The notes under the pieces were generated by a model. It searched no databases and was not told the DNA's origin. It was given only the letters and a program-made list of their open reading frames with translations. The translations under genes were made by a program, and so were the position numbers. This document shows, piece after piece, positions 1-12,589 of a DNA stretch of 64,000 nucleotides (position 1 is the stretch's first letter; each line of letters opens with the position of its first letter). Location of the stretch: positions 310,001 to 374,000 of the forward strand of contig CT867985.1 in NCBI GenBank assembly GCA_000165425.1, in the 5' to 3' direction. This stretch comes from Paramecium tetraurelia. Its lineage: Eukaryota.

Positions 1-50
1 TATAAAATGTCTGAAACTATAATATTTTATTATCTTATAAGCCATTAATT

Positions 51-504
51 ATGAATAGGACTAACAAAAAAATAGTGTTTGAGGATGACATCTCTAGTAC
101 ACAAAGTTCTGAGGGGGAAGACTACATCCCTAAAAGAATAATTTCTAAATCTAATACTCGAAGGATTCACAAGATTCCCATTGAGCTACAACAATAACTC
201 TTTCGACAAGTGTTTCAAGAAGGGAAATAGATTAAAGAGGTATTCTTTTACATATTACTATCAGGTTGCCAAAGCTCTAAATCTCAATTACTCTAGTGCT
301 AAATCTCTAATTCATTATTATAAAAATAATAAACGGTCTGCTCCTTCTGCAGTCTTAGAAGTTTTAAGCGGAAAAAAAGTGTTGGTGTGTCGAGTTTCAC
401 AAAAAATTGATAAAAAATACAATAATCTAAAAATAGAAGTCAGACAAAATAATCAAATTCTTCACTCCTACAACTACTACGAACCTTTAACAACTATTAA
501 ATGA
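51..504 (+). CDS. Small helix-turn-helix (homeodomain-like) protein
   Basis: Code 6: MNRTNKK...HKIPIELQQQLFRQVFQEGKQIKE, then a 25-nt intron (240-264), then VAKALNLNYSSAKSLIHYYK, which has an HTH pattern; TGA at 502-504. Confidence 0.65.
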
Positions 505-718
505 ATTATAAATGAACATTATTTCATTTATTTACGTTAGATCTTTTTTCCTCAATCTCAATTAGAATGTTAATTTAATAATTTTATACGTTAAATTAAC
601 ATCAAAATATTGAATTTAAATTATCAATTGAATTGAGTTTTCTAGGTCCTTCAAACATGATGTCCATCAATTAAATTCAAGATAATCAATCAAAATGCTC
701 TATAATTTTTATTTATAA

Positions 719-2762
719 TCATTAAATTAGTATATTTTAACCACCGTACCTCTTTGGAATTGTTTCCTCATCCAAATCTCTTAATAATGCAGTCTTAATC
801 TCATTGAAATCTTGGCCTATAAAATTTATCTAACCATAAATATCATATAACCTTCTCAACTGTTCTGGATGGTAAAAAGGGCTTTAACATAGCATAAAAA
901 GATCGAGTCAAGAAGTTTGTATTTAATACATATATTCTAAATTATCTTTCAGGGTAATAATTGAAAATTTCTATAAACGCATTCTTAAGTACGCTGAAAG
1001 AGAAGTTAGCTGGAGTCAGTTTATAACAGTCAATAATCACTATAAATTGATCTACATATCCTCTCATCCTTGATTTATTAATATAAAAATACGATCTAAT
1101 GCCTTCTTCCATCAAACTCTAATGATATTCCAAATACCCCTATTCGGAGAATCCCTATTCTGATTCAAACTTTTCTGGATGTGAATTCATTCCATTAGTT
1201 ACTAAAATCGGATGGCCCCATCTTGAAAACCCCAATTAAGTATGCACATTTTCATTAGCATAAATTTAGTAGTCACTAGTCTTTCTAGAATTGATTTTGT
1301 TCTCCTTTCTCCATTACTTTATAAAATAGTGAATAAAATGTATACCAAGCATTTCAATATCATCTTCTCAGTATCTTTGACTTTATAATTTCTTGCAATC
1401 AAATACCTTATCATAGTCTAGTCATTCAAATATAGATGTCCAATTCTCTCTTTTAATTCAGCCAATGCCTTTAATTATTCTTCATCCTAGTGTGTGATTC
1501 TCTTATGCATATTTTCATATATGGCTGCTGGTTGATTTGGCTGTAGCTGATTATCTACATATCCTAATCTATCCTAAGGTGGAAAATGAATATTTTCTCC
1601 CTTTGAAAATTCATTTTCTAAATTATCCTAATTTGAATGGTCAGTTCCAACAACAATTCTCGATTGGGTTATTGGTATAGATTCATTGTTAATCTACATT
1701 AAGAGTAAATCCAATTCGGTCGAAATTATAGATAGGTTAATTATTTATTCTTTCATCAATTTTCTTATGACTTTCTCATTTTCATCCTTCTTCACTACAT
1801 ACATGTATTGCGTAAAGCATTTAGAATCCTCCTCAACTACGTGTATAATTTCCAAAACTTTAAACATAGATATCAAGTTTTTCTATTATTGTTTATCATT
1901 AGTTATAACCATTGGAAACTTTCCTTGAGAAATTGATTCTCTCGTTAAGAAAAATGAGTTATTTCTCTGAAAATCAAACTATATATATTTGGATTCTAAA
2001 ACACATTTCTTGCCATCATTATTAAAATGCCATACATCCTAATGACATTAACAACAATCAATTTCATGGACTTCAGAAGATTTTATAAATAAATCCAGCA
2101 GCTTTCCACCTTTCTATTTTAACTTAAACATTTATATACTTGAATAATTGTAATTACATTTTATAGGGAAGTATTGAATACATATTCACCTTTTAATACG
2201 ATGTTGCTCTATGATTAAATTGTTGTTAATTTCATTTACTTTAAGGTTTTCTCAATAATCCATTTATCTTTACTTAATTCTTAATAGAGCTATAATTATT
2301 TTTACACGTATTCCGGAATATTTCTATGTCAATAGAAAATGTATATACTTGGTTACATTTGAAGAGTCATTCTTATACAATCTATTTTAGTCAATCGAAA
2401 TCTAATAGTTTGATTAATGCAGCAGGGCTTCGTATTCAGATATGAGTATGGCTTATTTAATCTTACTAACCCATTCTGCAGCATCATCATAGGTCATTGA
2501 TATAAATTACATAATAATCTCTTATTGGAGATGCCTTAGTGTAAAGGTATAATAACCATCTTCCTACCAAGTGCCATCAACTATGAAACCTGATAGATCG
2601 ATTCTTTCTTGAGGAATATGAGTCTGGTAATAAATAAGCATTTACTTTATCATCTTCGAAAATCAGAAATTAAGTTCCTTCCAAATAATAAAATTTAGTA
2701 GTTTTAAGTCCAAATATATGTTTCTGCTATCTTAGCTTATTTTATTAATTACAGATATCCAT
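719..2762 (-). CDS. PH domain + START-like region + CRAL-TRIO (Sec14) lipid-binding protein
   Basis: N-terminal PH-like segment (TKFYYLEGTQFLIFEDDK...AAEWVSKIKQAI). C-terminal CRAL-TRIO features (VRSYFYI, FNYYPER, DEETIPKRYGG). Several tiny introns. Confidence 0.75.
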
Positions 2763-2814
2763 TTTTTATTGGTCTCTAATTCATTAATTTTATGTATAAT
2801 TTATATTAAAAAAG

Positions 2815-3424
2815 ATGAAAATATTGTATTTGATCTGTCTAATATATTTTGGACAGAGCTTATCAGTGTAGATAACCTAAAAGCCTGCATGCTTCTATGT
2901 TAAATCATATACAGGCAATACTTAATTGACAGTCAATTATTAAATATCAGGAGTTGATGAAAATAAAACAGAAATCACAATTGAATCAGAAAATGGAGAC
3001 AAATTAATAAAGAAATCAAATACAAAAGAAGGAGCACTGAAGTAAATGTTAAGAGAAAAGGGCACTTATTATATCTGTTTCAAAAGTTTGTCTAAAGGCT
3101 ATAAGACTGTGAGTTTTGATTTCGACATGGAAGGCGTAGATAAAGAATATGCATAATCAGAGCAATTTAGCGATATGTCCAAAGAGTTGTCAAGGACTAA
3201 CAGAAACTTTTAGACCATTTATAGAAATTAGAATTGGATTACTGATAGAGAAAACGCTCATTAAATGCGTAAATATTATTATTAAATTAGTTTTGGAATA
3301 AACATAATAAAATGTTAAATGGTGTGCTTCTGCTAAAATAGGAATATTATTAATAATAGCTATAACTTAGATAAGTGTTGTATATTATTTTTTTAAAGGT
3401 AAAGATTTTAGTGGAAGTGTATGA
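2815..3424 (+). CDS. emp24/gp25L/p24 family cargo receptor (GOLD domain)
   Basis: Signal peptide MKILYLICLIYFGQS, ACFYV, GTYYICF, coiled region ending RENAHQ, C-terminal TM helix and short FFKGK tail. Confidence 0.9.
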
Positions 3425-3456
3425 TAATTATCTTATTGATAAATACATAGATATAA

Positions 3457-4306
3457 TCACTTTTTCTTTTAAACGATTTTATTAGTTTATTATTATTACT
3501 AAATTGGCTTTTATTATTATTACTAAATAGCCTTCTATTATTATTATTAATTTGGTCTTGTATAAGCAGTAGTCTATTGTTGTTATTTATTAGTTTGTAT
3601 TTATTGTTTTGGAAATGGTTTATCATTTCCTACTAATCCTTATTGTAACTTTTAAGGCATTTATTAATATTTCTGATCCTAAAACACATGTTCTTAAATA
3701 TCAGGAGTATTTGAGAGAGGAAGATAATCCTAGCCAACCTTTTTGCCTAAAGCTTTTCTTTCTGACTCATCTTCAAATAAAGTTTCATGTAATTCCCATC
3801 TTCTATCGCAGGCTATGCATGCAAAATAGGAATCAAAATCAGAACATTGGCATTTCCTGCATCTTAAGGGATAATTTGGGAGATGATCCTCACATCCATG
3901 ATTACATTTACAAGGAGGTCTCCATGTCAAAATATTGAAGTCTTTTCTTCTTGGTAGCCAATACATTCCACATTCCTCTGGTCTTGAAGGTACAAATTGA
4001 AACCTTTTGCATTCACAATTCTCACACCCAGTATTAAATTTTTTCCCTAATTGTTATTTGTGTTAACTAAATAAATGACCACAAAAACATTTGCTTGTGG
4101 AACCTATTCTGCTACATTCTGATTTCTACTCTGCACAATAATAAGTAATCTTATTATTATATGTTTTATACATAAATTCCAGTATTTAGTGTTTCCAAAG
4201 CATGTTGATATTCTTAATCTATTATTTTTCTAGCACCTACAGCTGGCCCATATTTTTGTACGCCTTCACGTACTTACTACTCATTCATCGCCATATAATT
4301 GAACAT
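3457..4306 (-). CDS. FAM221-like Cys/His-rich protein
   Basis: CFCGH, WRPPCKCNHGCEDH, FACIACDRRWELHETLFEDE motifs; Gln-rich tail. Confidence 0.8.
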
Positions 4307-4340
4307 TTATTATTATTTGATTAATATAAAACATCATTTT

Positions 4341-5539
4341 TCATTTTACCCATTCAAATTAAGATGGTCCTAATGGATGTTTGGATCCATACTAGATCAT
4401 AATTTATTTAATTGGATCTAGGTTATTGATAATCTTTGCTCCTAATTATCTCAAAGGTGAAATGGTCTTATTCTCATAAGTGTTCTTGATCAACTCCATA
4501 GCTATTGAAGTTGTATAATTCATGAGTTTAGCCTATGATTCATATTCTTCTAGAGATTGCTCCAAACCAATGTCATTCCCAGACCTAGAATTTTTGATAA
4601 TACAATTGGCCAAAAGGGCAGCATCATTGATTCCCATATTCATACCTTATCCAGCCATGGGGTGATTGGAATGAGCCGCATCTCCGATCAGTGCTATTCT
4701 CTTCTAGATATATCTTTGAGCTTGCAATGACTAAAGTGGAAAAGCCATCCTCTTATTTGAAATGCTCTTGATTCTTGGTGCATATCTACCCAATTAACTA
4801 TTAAGGACCTTCAGAAATTCCTCATCTGACAACGACATTAAATATTTGTAGTCATCCATATATGCTGTCCATACTATTGAACTATATGGATTATAAAGAG
4901 GCAATAGGGCTAGTGGACAACTAATTTATTCATTATCTTATACCCATTTGATAAATAAGTCTAGTAAGCTACCTCACTGTCTTAATCAGTTCTTTCAACT
5001 GTACACACAATACCCATTTAATGATATGAGTGACCATATGTACCTATGTTGCTGCACTCTTTCACTTTAGATTTATTGCCATCACTGCCAATTAATAGTT
5101 TGCATTGAAATTTATCATTTACTGTCACATACTCATTAGGCTTTAGTTCTATCTTCTCTAATTTACTTTCAAACTCTATCTCTCCATCATACACTTCCAA
5201 TAATGCATTCACAATATTATCATATTCAATTATGTGGGCTTATTAATTCTTGAACTCCAAATAGTCCTAACCATTGCTTTCATCTATGATCATCCTGTTG
5301 TATGGATTGACTCTTCCTTATTCAAGTTTATCCCATGCTCCCACTGATTGCAAAACTTCTCTTGAAGATTATGTGACTGATAATACTCTCTGATTAGGAA
5401 GACCCTACTTGTTAAACTTAGGTTTTTTTATCGAATCTAAAATTAGGACTTTATTTAATTATTTGGATTTCTATAGAGCAGCTGCCAAAGATAACCCAAC
5501 AGGGCCTGCCCCAATTATGCAAACATCATAAATTTACAT
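4341..5539 (-). CDS. COQ6: Ubiquinone biosynthesis FAD monooxygenase (COQ6/UbiH family)
   Basis: YDVCIIGAGPVGLSLA FAD-binding motif, LIGSDG, AFPL, RIALIGDAAHSNHPMAGQGMNMG. Confidence 0.9.
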
Positions 5540-5608
5540 AATGATAAATTAAATACTAAAATTAGTCTTACAATAATCATATTGTGATTTAATTAAATTT
5601 ATATGTAG

Positions 5609-6499
5609 TCAGAAGAACGAGTCAAGAAAACATTCGTAATCCAAAGGGTTCAAAGCTGTACTGTTATAATCAACATATGGATTAGGAGAACCAACCTTAG
5701 AATCTTAATAGCAATCTTCCTTCCTCACCAATGACTAGTTTAGAGTCTATGAATCACTTTATTCTAATAATAAAAATCTATAATTTACTCTCAGATTTTA
5801 ACTCTTCATTAATAGCTTATAACATCTGCCCGACCTACTTAAATTTTAATTCAATATCTACATTTTAATTATAAATAACCTTAAATATAACATCATTTAT
5901 TACATAATTTAAATTTTACATTTAATCTATAAGACACGATGATGTTTCTTGTAACAATTTCATATCTTCCTTTAAATTAGTATTAGTTTATTTTATATCT
6001 ATAGCACATTCTTTAAATAGATTTTATTCCTATTTTTAGCGAGATGCTAAAAAATAAATAATCATAAAAATATACCATGCTCTCCTTAGACTGCAAATTG
6101 AATTGCTGAATCTTCTTAGTTTCTCTTTTTGATTAATTATAGCATCGATCTATTTATAGTTATTGACTCAATACTTAGTTCCTTTTCTAAAAAAATTATT
6201 CCTAAAAATGAATCCTTCATTAGACTTAACCTTTTTAAAATTATAGAGATTTAGTTATCTAAAGTTACTACTACTTCTTACCTGACAAAACTAGAATAAT
6301 TACTATGTTTAAAATAATTTTATAAAACATTTTTTTCCAACAAATCTTAATTATATACTATAAATGCAGTCCCCTAATTAGTCCAACTTATGATATCCTC
6401 ACTCATTTAATCCTAATAACTCCATAGTTTTGAGTTTCATACCTCTAACATTTAATAAGTTTTAAGAATGAAGGCAGGTATCATATTCTTAACACTCAT
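5609..6499 (-). CDS. Heat-shock-factor (HSF) type DNA-binding transcription factor
   Basis: MIPAFILKTYQMLE...IISWTNQGTAFIVY...YFKHSNYSSFVRQ|LNLYNFKK followed by a coiled coil; multiple introns; absent from the ORF track. Confidence 0.9.
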
Positions 6500-6588
6500 A
6501 AATTATCCCAATCTGATTTTATTAAATTATCATTTTATTAAAGTTGTTCATTTATATATAATATGAATTATACACATGTTCTAATAAA

Positions 6589-9500
6589 TCAATCTGACTC
6601 CTCTTCGTCTTCCTGTTATACATCTCTTTACATAAATTGTGAAACCCATTGTTCTGCCTACTCCTTTACTTTCTATATTGTCGCGCTATCTCCATATTGG
6701 TTTTCATATTCTAATTGTTTCTTAAATAAAAATTTGATCTTTCTTGGCTTCTTGTTATTGTGAATAGCCTTTTAAAATATTGATCTAACGACATCAGGTT
6801 AGCAATGTTTGATCACTAAATCCAAATATTATGACCATAGATCAGTTCTAATTATTATTCAATTAAATTACCTTGATGAGTTTTTATCCAAAATAGTTTC
6901 ATATGTAGTTTTTCCTTCTTCAATCTAATTGTTCTAAAATTACAATCGTCCATAAAATGATAAGAGTTTAACTTGCTTTGATTTTTTCAAACACTACACA
7001 GCCCTATTTAATGTATCCTTAAAGGAATATAAAGGATTTTCATCATCATGTACTTTCTACCATTCCATCAAACTCTACAAAAATTCCATCCAACTTTTAC
7101 AGCTCTATTTGTACTTTTAGACAAAAGACTATAATGATTATATAATTAATATATACTCTTGACAATTCAACAGTTAGATCAACCTTTTCAGCCTTTCTGT
7201 AGATGTTGATCAACTTTACATGAAGCTTCTTTCCATCACAATTTTAACAACCTCTCTTAAATATATTAATTAAATTATCCTCAGATCCAAAATTGAATTC
7301 CAAATTTAAATAAGCTGTCCATAAATTCAATCTCTCCAACTCATTGCTAAAGTTAATAACTCTCAATGCTCTTTCAATAACATTTCTAGCACTCTCAATG
7401 CCCTCATTTTCAGCAGCATAAGCCACGAATTCAATCCAAATCACAGCTGAATTAGGATTTGTTAATATTTTCCTTAATAAATAAATATATTATTATTACT
7501 TCTCATATTCAGCTCTTGATTCTAAATTCTGAACTTCCTCTCTAATTTCTTCTTAATCATTTTCTTCTTCTATCTCTTGGTCCTTATGATCCTCTTCCTC
7601 CTCTGCATCCTCTTAATCTTCTTCTTCATTAGCTTCTCCTTCATTTACTTCCTATCCGATCTCCTCTTCTATGTCTTTATTTTAATTCTGTTATTCTACT
7701 ATCACATTATTTTTAATTTGATGTTATTTGACCATTTCTTCAAAACTATTATGCAAATCAATAACATCGGTTTGAATATCCCCTAAATCAATTTATCTTT
7801 TTCCCTCAGTATTAATCAATTCTTAAATATTGCTTAATCTAAGAACTGTCTAATTATTTTTGTTCTGTCTTTATCCAATCACCAAACATTATATTTACTA
7901 TCCGATCTTAAATAATTTATTTGCCCACCAACCATCTTCACCTTCCAATCCCTCAGCATCTTTCTTATCCAATTCTCCTTATTGGAGAGTACCCAAGATC
8001 TTCACAGCTGCCTTCTCATTTCTAATATTCACTATTAAACCTTAGACTACATCTCCAATTCTTATTTATTTATCATCTAATTTATATTTAAGCAAATTTA
8101 AATCTACAGTTCCTTATAACTTGTTTAATTGAGTAATCATTAACACTATTGGTCTATACTTAATGTCAGTTTTGAATCCTCGTATTAGACAAGTGGTTTC
8201 ATAATTTAACTTAACAAAAGTGCCACTATATGTACTTCCTGTAACATATCCTATAGCAACTTAACCTACAGCTAAAGGTGTCTTTTTGTATAATTATGTT
8301 CTAACATCATATTTTAGTGAAAGTATCATTTTTTAATAGGAAATTGTATTACTTTTAACTGGATGGAGACATTTATTCCATAACTTATCATTAAGGAATG
8401 TTTCCCTGGCACTAGCCCAATACACCTTATCTTTTGCGATTATTCTGCACAATCCCCATTTTCCGACTGGAAACTATTCAAACAAATTCAATTCCCATAA
8501 TTCTTATAATTCTGTTATATCTATAGATGCAAACTATCTGTTTTTCAATTGAACTCTTATATATGAATCATGATGGCTCAAAATTCTAAAGATTTATTTT
8601 GTGTATAAGATATCATTTAGATTCTATTGTTATTACTATGATTGATCATCCTCAGTTATTATAATACCTTTCAATTATTTATCAAATTCATATAATTTTA
8701 CTTTAACTGGAGATCCTTACTAGATTGAAGATTCTAAATTATTCAAAATATCAGGTTGTTCAACATTGATATCCCATCCATCAATGAAAACATTGTAATT
8801 GTAATAGATCTAGACTACCAAAGGAGATTTTGAGTCACTCTTGATATGTTTGATGATGCCGTAAACAATTTTATTGCTATCCTTCTAAACATCTTTCTCT
8901 AGTTGAATATGATCTGATAAACAAGTCAAGTCGAATATTTGTTTATTATCTTCCTTATTTTCTCCAATGATTTAAGCAGTTAATTAAGAACCCACATTCA
9001 GATTTTCAAATTCACTTTGCAATTTAAATAATCTATCCTCATTCCTATAACACTCAAAGAAGGCCTTATGAATTCTACCAAACTTCCCATCCTTGAGATT
9101 CACATAAACAACATTATTCTTTATTGCACTTACAACACATTATACTTTTTCTCCCAAATTTAATTTAATTTTAACTTGCTTTGTCAATGGAACATTAGAT
9201 GTTTATCCTTCAGTAACTTATTTTTATTTTGGATCTATTTTTTTTAAAGAAAGTAACAATTTATTTTCACTTTAATTTATGTACTTAACATATACTTTAA
9301 TTATTTGACCATCTTTGATATCATCAGGGTTTTATCCATCAAGACTCAAATTAGAAAGAAATCCTACAATATTTTAAAAGAACTTAACAAGTATTCCATT
9401 CTCTAATTTCTTTATTGTATAACCATATAATGTATCACCTGCATTTATATCATCTAAACTCTTAAAGACTTTGATATCAGTCAAGAGAGTAGGTTTCATT

Positions 9501-11071
9501 GTTACTATGATATTGTTATGCTATTCATCAATTTATAGAATTCTGACTCTTAATTTACTACCTACTCTGAATTTAGGTGGGTTGGTCAAAGGATAATCAG
9601 ACATCTGAATTGATGGCAATATTGCATTAAAATTGTCATTTATTTTCAATAACACACTGTATGAATCCTCTTTAAGTAACACTTATTTAACTACACCTTT
9701 GACAATAGCTCCAACACTCAAATCACTTAATTTAGGTTGTGAATTAACTTCAAAAGACACAAAGCCAACATGATCAAAATAATTTACTTCTTTAATTATG
9801 CAAACTCTTTAAATGTGATCAATAATTTCCTAATCAGCTGGAATCTAAGTTTTATTTAACATACAAATTGGTCCCAAATTAGGTTATTGAGCTTTTTAAG
9901 CTTTCTTACTTTTTTTAGTTTATACTTGATCGTCATTCAAGATGGCATTAACAAGATAAGCCCCAGAGTATAGCGATTGGTTAATTACAACTCCTTGATA
10001 TTGTTATCCAACTTCATAAGGAGGAATAAAAGTAGTATTATCAACATGCTCTTATTTACTAGAGACATAGATTTATCTTGAAGGTTCATCAAATCCAATT
10101 ATTCTACATAAAAAGTTTTTCTCTTATTCAATTTAATAATCTTAGAAGACATATCCCAACACTCCAAATTTATTCAACTTAACTATTTGTCCACCTGTAA
10201 TTGATTTAGCATTATTGCATTTCCATAGATTGCCAGGAGTAAGCAAGTGTTTAGAGATCTGCTTCTTATTTTGTAATTAAACATCTCTTTATTCAAAGTC
10301 ACATATGGCTATTTTCTCTTTCAAATTGATTTCTTTAATGTTGAAAAGATAAACTCTTCCACACTTGAGTTTTTGTTCATTGATAAACCCACTGAATTAT
10401 TGAGATCCAAAATTGATAGTGGTTCCAAACTCATTCCAACTCTAAGCTATTCCTGGTATTTGCATTCCAACTACTAGTTAATTTACACTTAATTGATCAT
10501 TGATGACATTTGGATGCATACTTAATTAGACCTTATTGTTCTTTTGCTCTTCTATAACTTTAGTGATAACATATTCTCCAACCTTGTAATCTCCTCCATT
10601 CACACCCTTTCTATCTCTGAGATTATGTTAATCAACAAATCCTTTTTTGTTTCTTGTAAAATTGATAATCAAATAAACTCCATTGGGACCTATGGATGAG
10701 ACACATCCTAAATGCAAAGATCCTACATCAAAAATCTAAAATATTATGTAAATCAATCATACTTAATCAGGTATTTTTTGTGTCATATTAAGTATTTTTT
10801 GACTTTTCATTTAGAAATAACCCAAAATGTCTTAGTCCAAATCTCCTAATGCACCGTAGTCATCTTGATCAAGGATTGGTTGCTTATTTTAGGGGGCATC
10901 ATCATCACTAGAAATATACTCAGCCAATTAAGCTCTTCTTTAGAGTTGTTTTTTTTCTCTTTGTTTCTTCTTCTTCAGCTTGTCTTCAGTACCTTTTTCA
11001 TTTTTATATGTAGGAGCTGGGTTAAACATGAATTTATCATCTTTCAGTGCATCAATTACTTTTTTTTTCAT
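6589..11071 (-). CDS. RRP5: rRNA biogenesis protein RRP5 (S1 repeats + C-terminal HAT/TPR)
   Basis: Multiple S1-like repeats; C-terminal PNSAVIWIEFVA...ARNVIERALRVINF...ERLNLWTAYLNLEFNFG. Confidence 0.92.
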
Positions 11072-11091
11072 TAATTAAATTTTTAATAATT

Positions 11092-11498
11092 ATGTAAACT
11101 GTTTAAGATAATTCATCGACAATAATTGCCCCTGTTATTAATGAGACCGAAATCACAATAGACACAGATGCTAGATAATCATAGTAATTTTGCATCTTTA
11201 TTATTCTCGAGAGCTTTAATTCAAGTGAATTATCACGCCAACATGAAAAGAGTGCCAATAACAGTGTTTTGTCCTCAATGTAAATACAAGGGAACAACAG
11301 TTATTATACGTGAAGTTGGAGCAGCTACAATAATGGTCGGTTATTTACTATTCTTATTAACGACGTACTAGTAATTTTCATAAATATAGAATATTTTGCT
11401 TTTGGATCCCTTGCTGTGTAGATGAATGTCAAGATGCTATACATTAGTGTCCACACTGTAAGGCCGAAGTAGGGATAGGCCCTTATTAAATTCTTTGA
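11092..11498 (+). CDS. LITAF-domain zinc-ribbon membrane protein
   Basis: VFCPQC, a hydrophobic stretch, CFWIPCCVDECQDAIHQCPHCKAEVG; the start and first intron are less certain. Confidence 0.85.
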
Positions 11499-11576
11499 CA
11501 TATTATTTAGTTAAAGTGAAAAATCTCAATGATCGAAATTTTCATTTCTTAAAATAAAAATAATAAGTTTATATAT

Positions 11577-12529
11577 ATGCTCTCCCCAGAAAAGGATTTC
11601 ATTCTCTATAATGCTTAAAAACCTCCGAATATGTAAGTTCCTAGTTTCATGACCACTGCTTCGTCATTTAGAAATCAGAAGTTATCCAGCTTAAGAAACA
11701 AAAGTTGTGCTACGGCTGTCTAAGATGCAGTATATTCAATTTATAAATAGAAGAAACATATATCGACTATTGATTATTAAATTTGTGACAAGAGTGAACC
11801 TATCAATCTTAAGAATGCCGGCTATCCCAAATTCAAATCAGAACAGAGTGAAATTTCTCATATCGCTAAATCATAAATTAGTACTCTCATAACTGCACCA
11901 AAAATAATCCAATTTATTGATTTCTGTAATAAAAAAATCTTAGATGATGAACTAAAAAAGAGGAAACTTAGTTAGGATTAAACCCACAAGGACTTTAAGT
12001 TAAAGATAAATAATCTTCATGAAAATAAGAAGTCTATGCGACATGCATAAAAGCATACAAGGAGCAATTTTACACTTCCATAAATGCATTATCATGAGAA
12101 ATAAGAAACCTAAACCATCTAAGATAAAATAAATCAAAATAAAATAGACACAACATCATTTAATGATTCTCCAGTTCCCAAATTAAATAATAAATAGCCA
12201 AACTTTCAAGCTTACACAACTAAATAGCCCATTAGAAGTTTCGATATGCTATTCAATGTTAAGCATCTAGTGAGATTGTAGGAAAAGAGATAAAAAGAAT
12301 TCGAAGTAACTCAATAAAATGATCCAGAATTTCAACTAGAAATGATAAAGAGATAAAATTAAATATAAGTCTTGATGTCTAATACGAAGAAACTCGAATA
12401 ACTTAAAACTGCTTCAAAAGGAGTAAGTTATTTATTTAAAATATTTAGATATTATCGCACATTAATTAATAGGATCAGTAAGCAGAATAAATCTTTTAGG
12501 ATTTCAAATAGAAACTGGATCTAAAATGA
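11577..12529 (+). CDS. Hypothetical protein
   Basis: Open frame in code 6 from MLSPEKDF with tiny introns to TGA; no recognisable domain. Confidence 0.6.
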
Positions 12530-12589
12530 TACTTTGCGATTTTGTTTGTTTTTCCTTATTAATTCTTTAAAATTATTTTAATAAGTTTT

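Noticed and set aside
5603..6516. Possible + strand gene starting at ATG 5603
   Set aside because: The frame closes early; the minus strand encodes a clear HSF domain.
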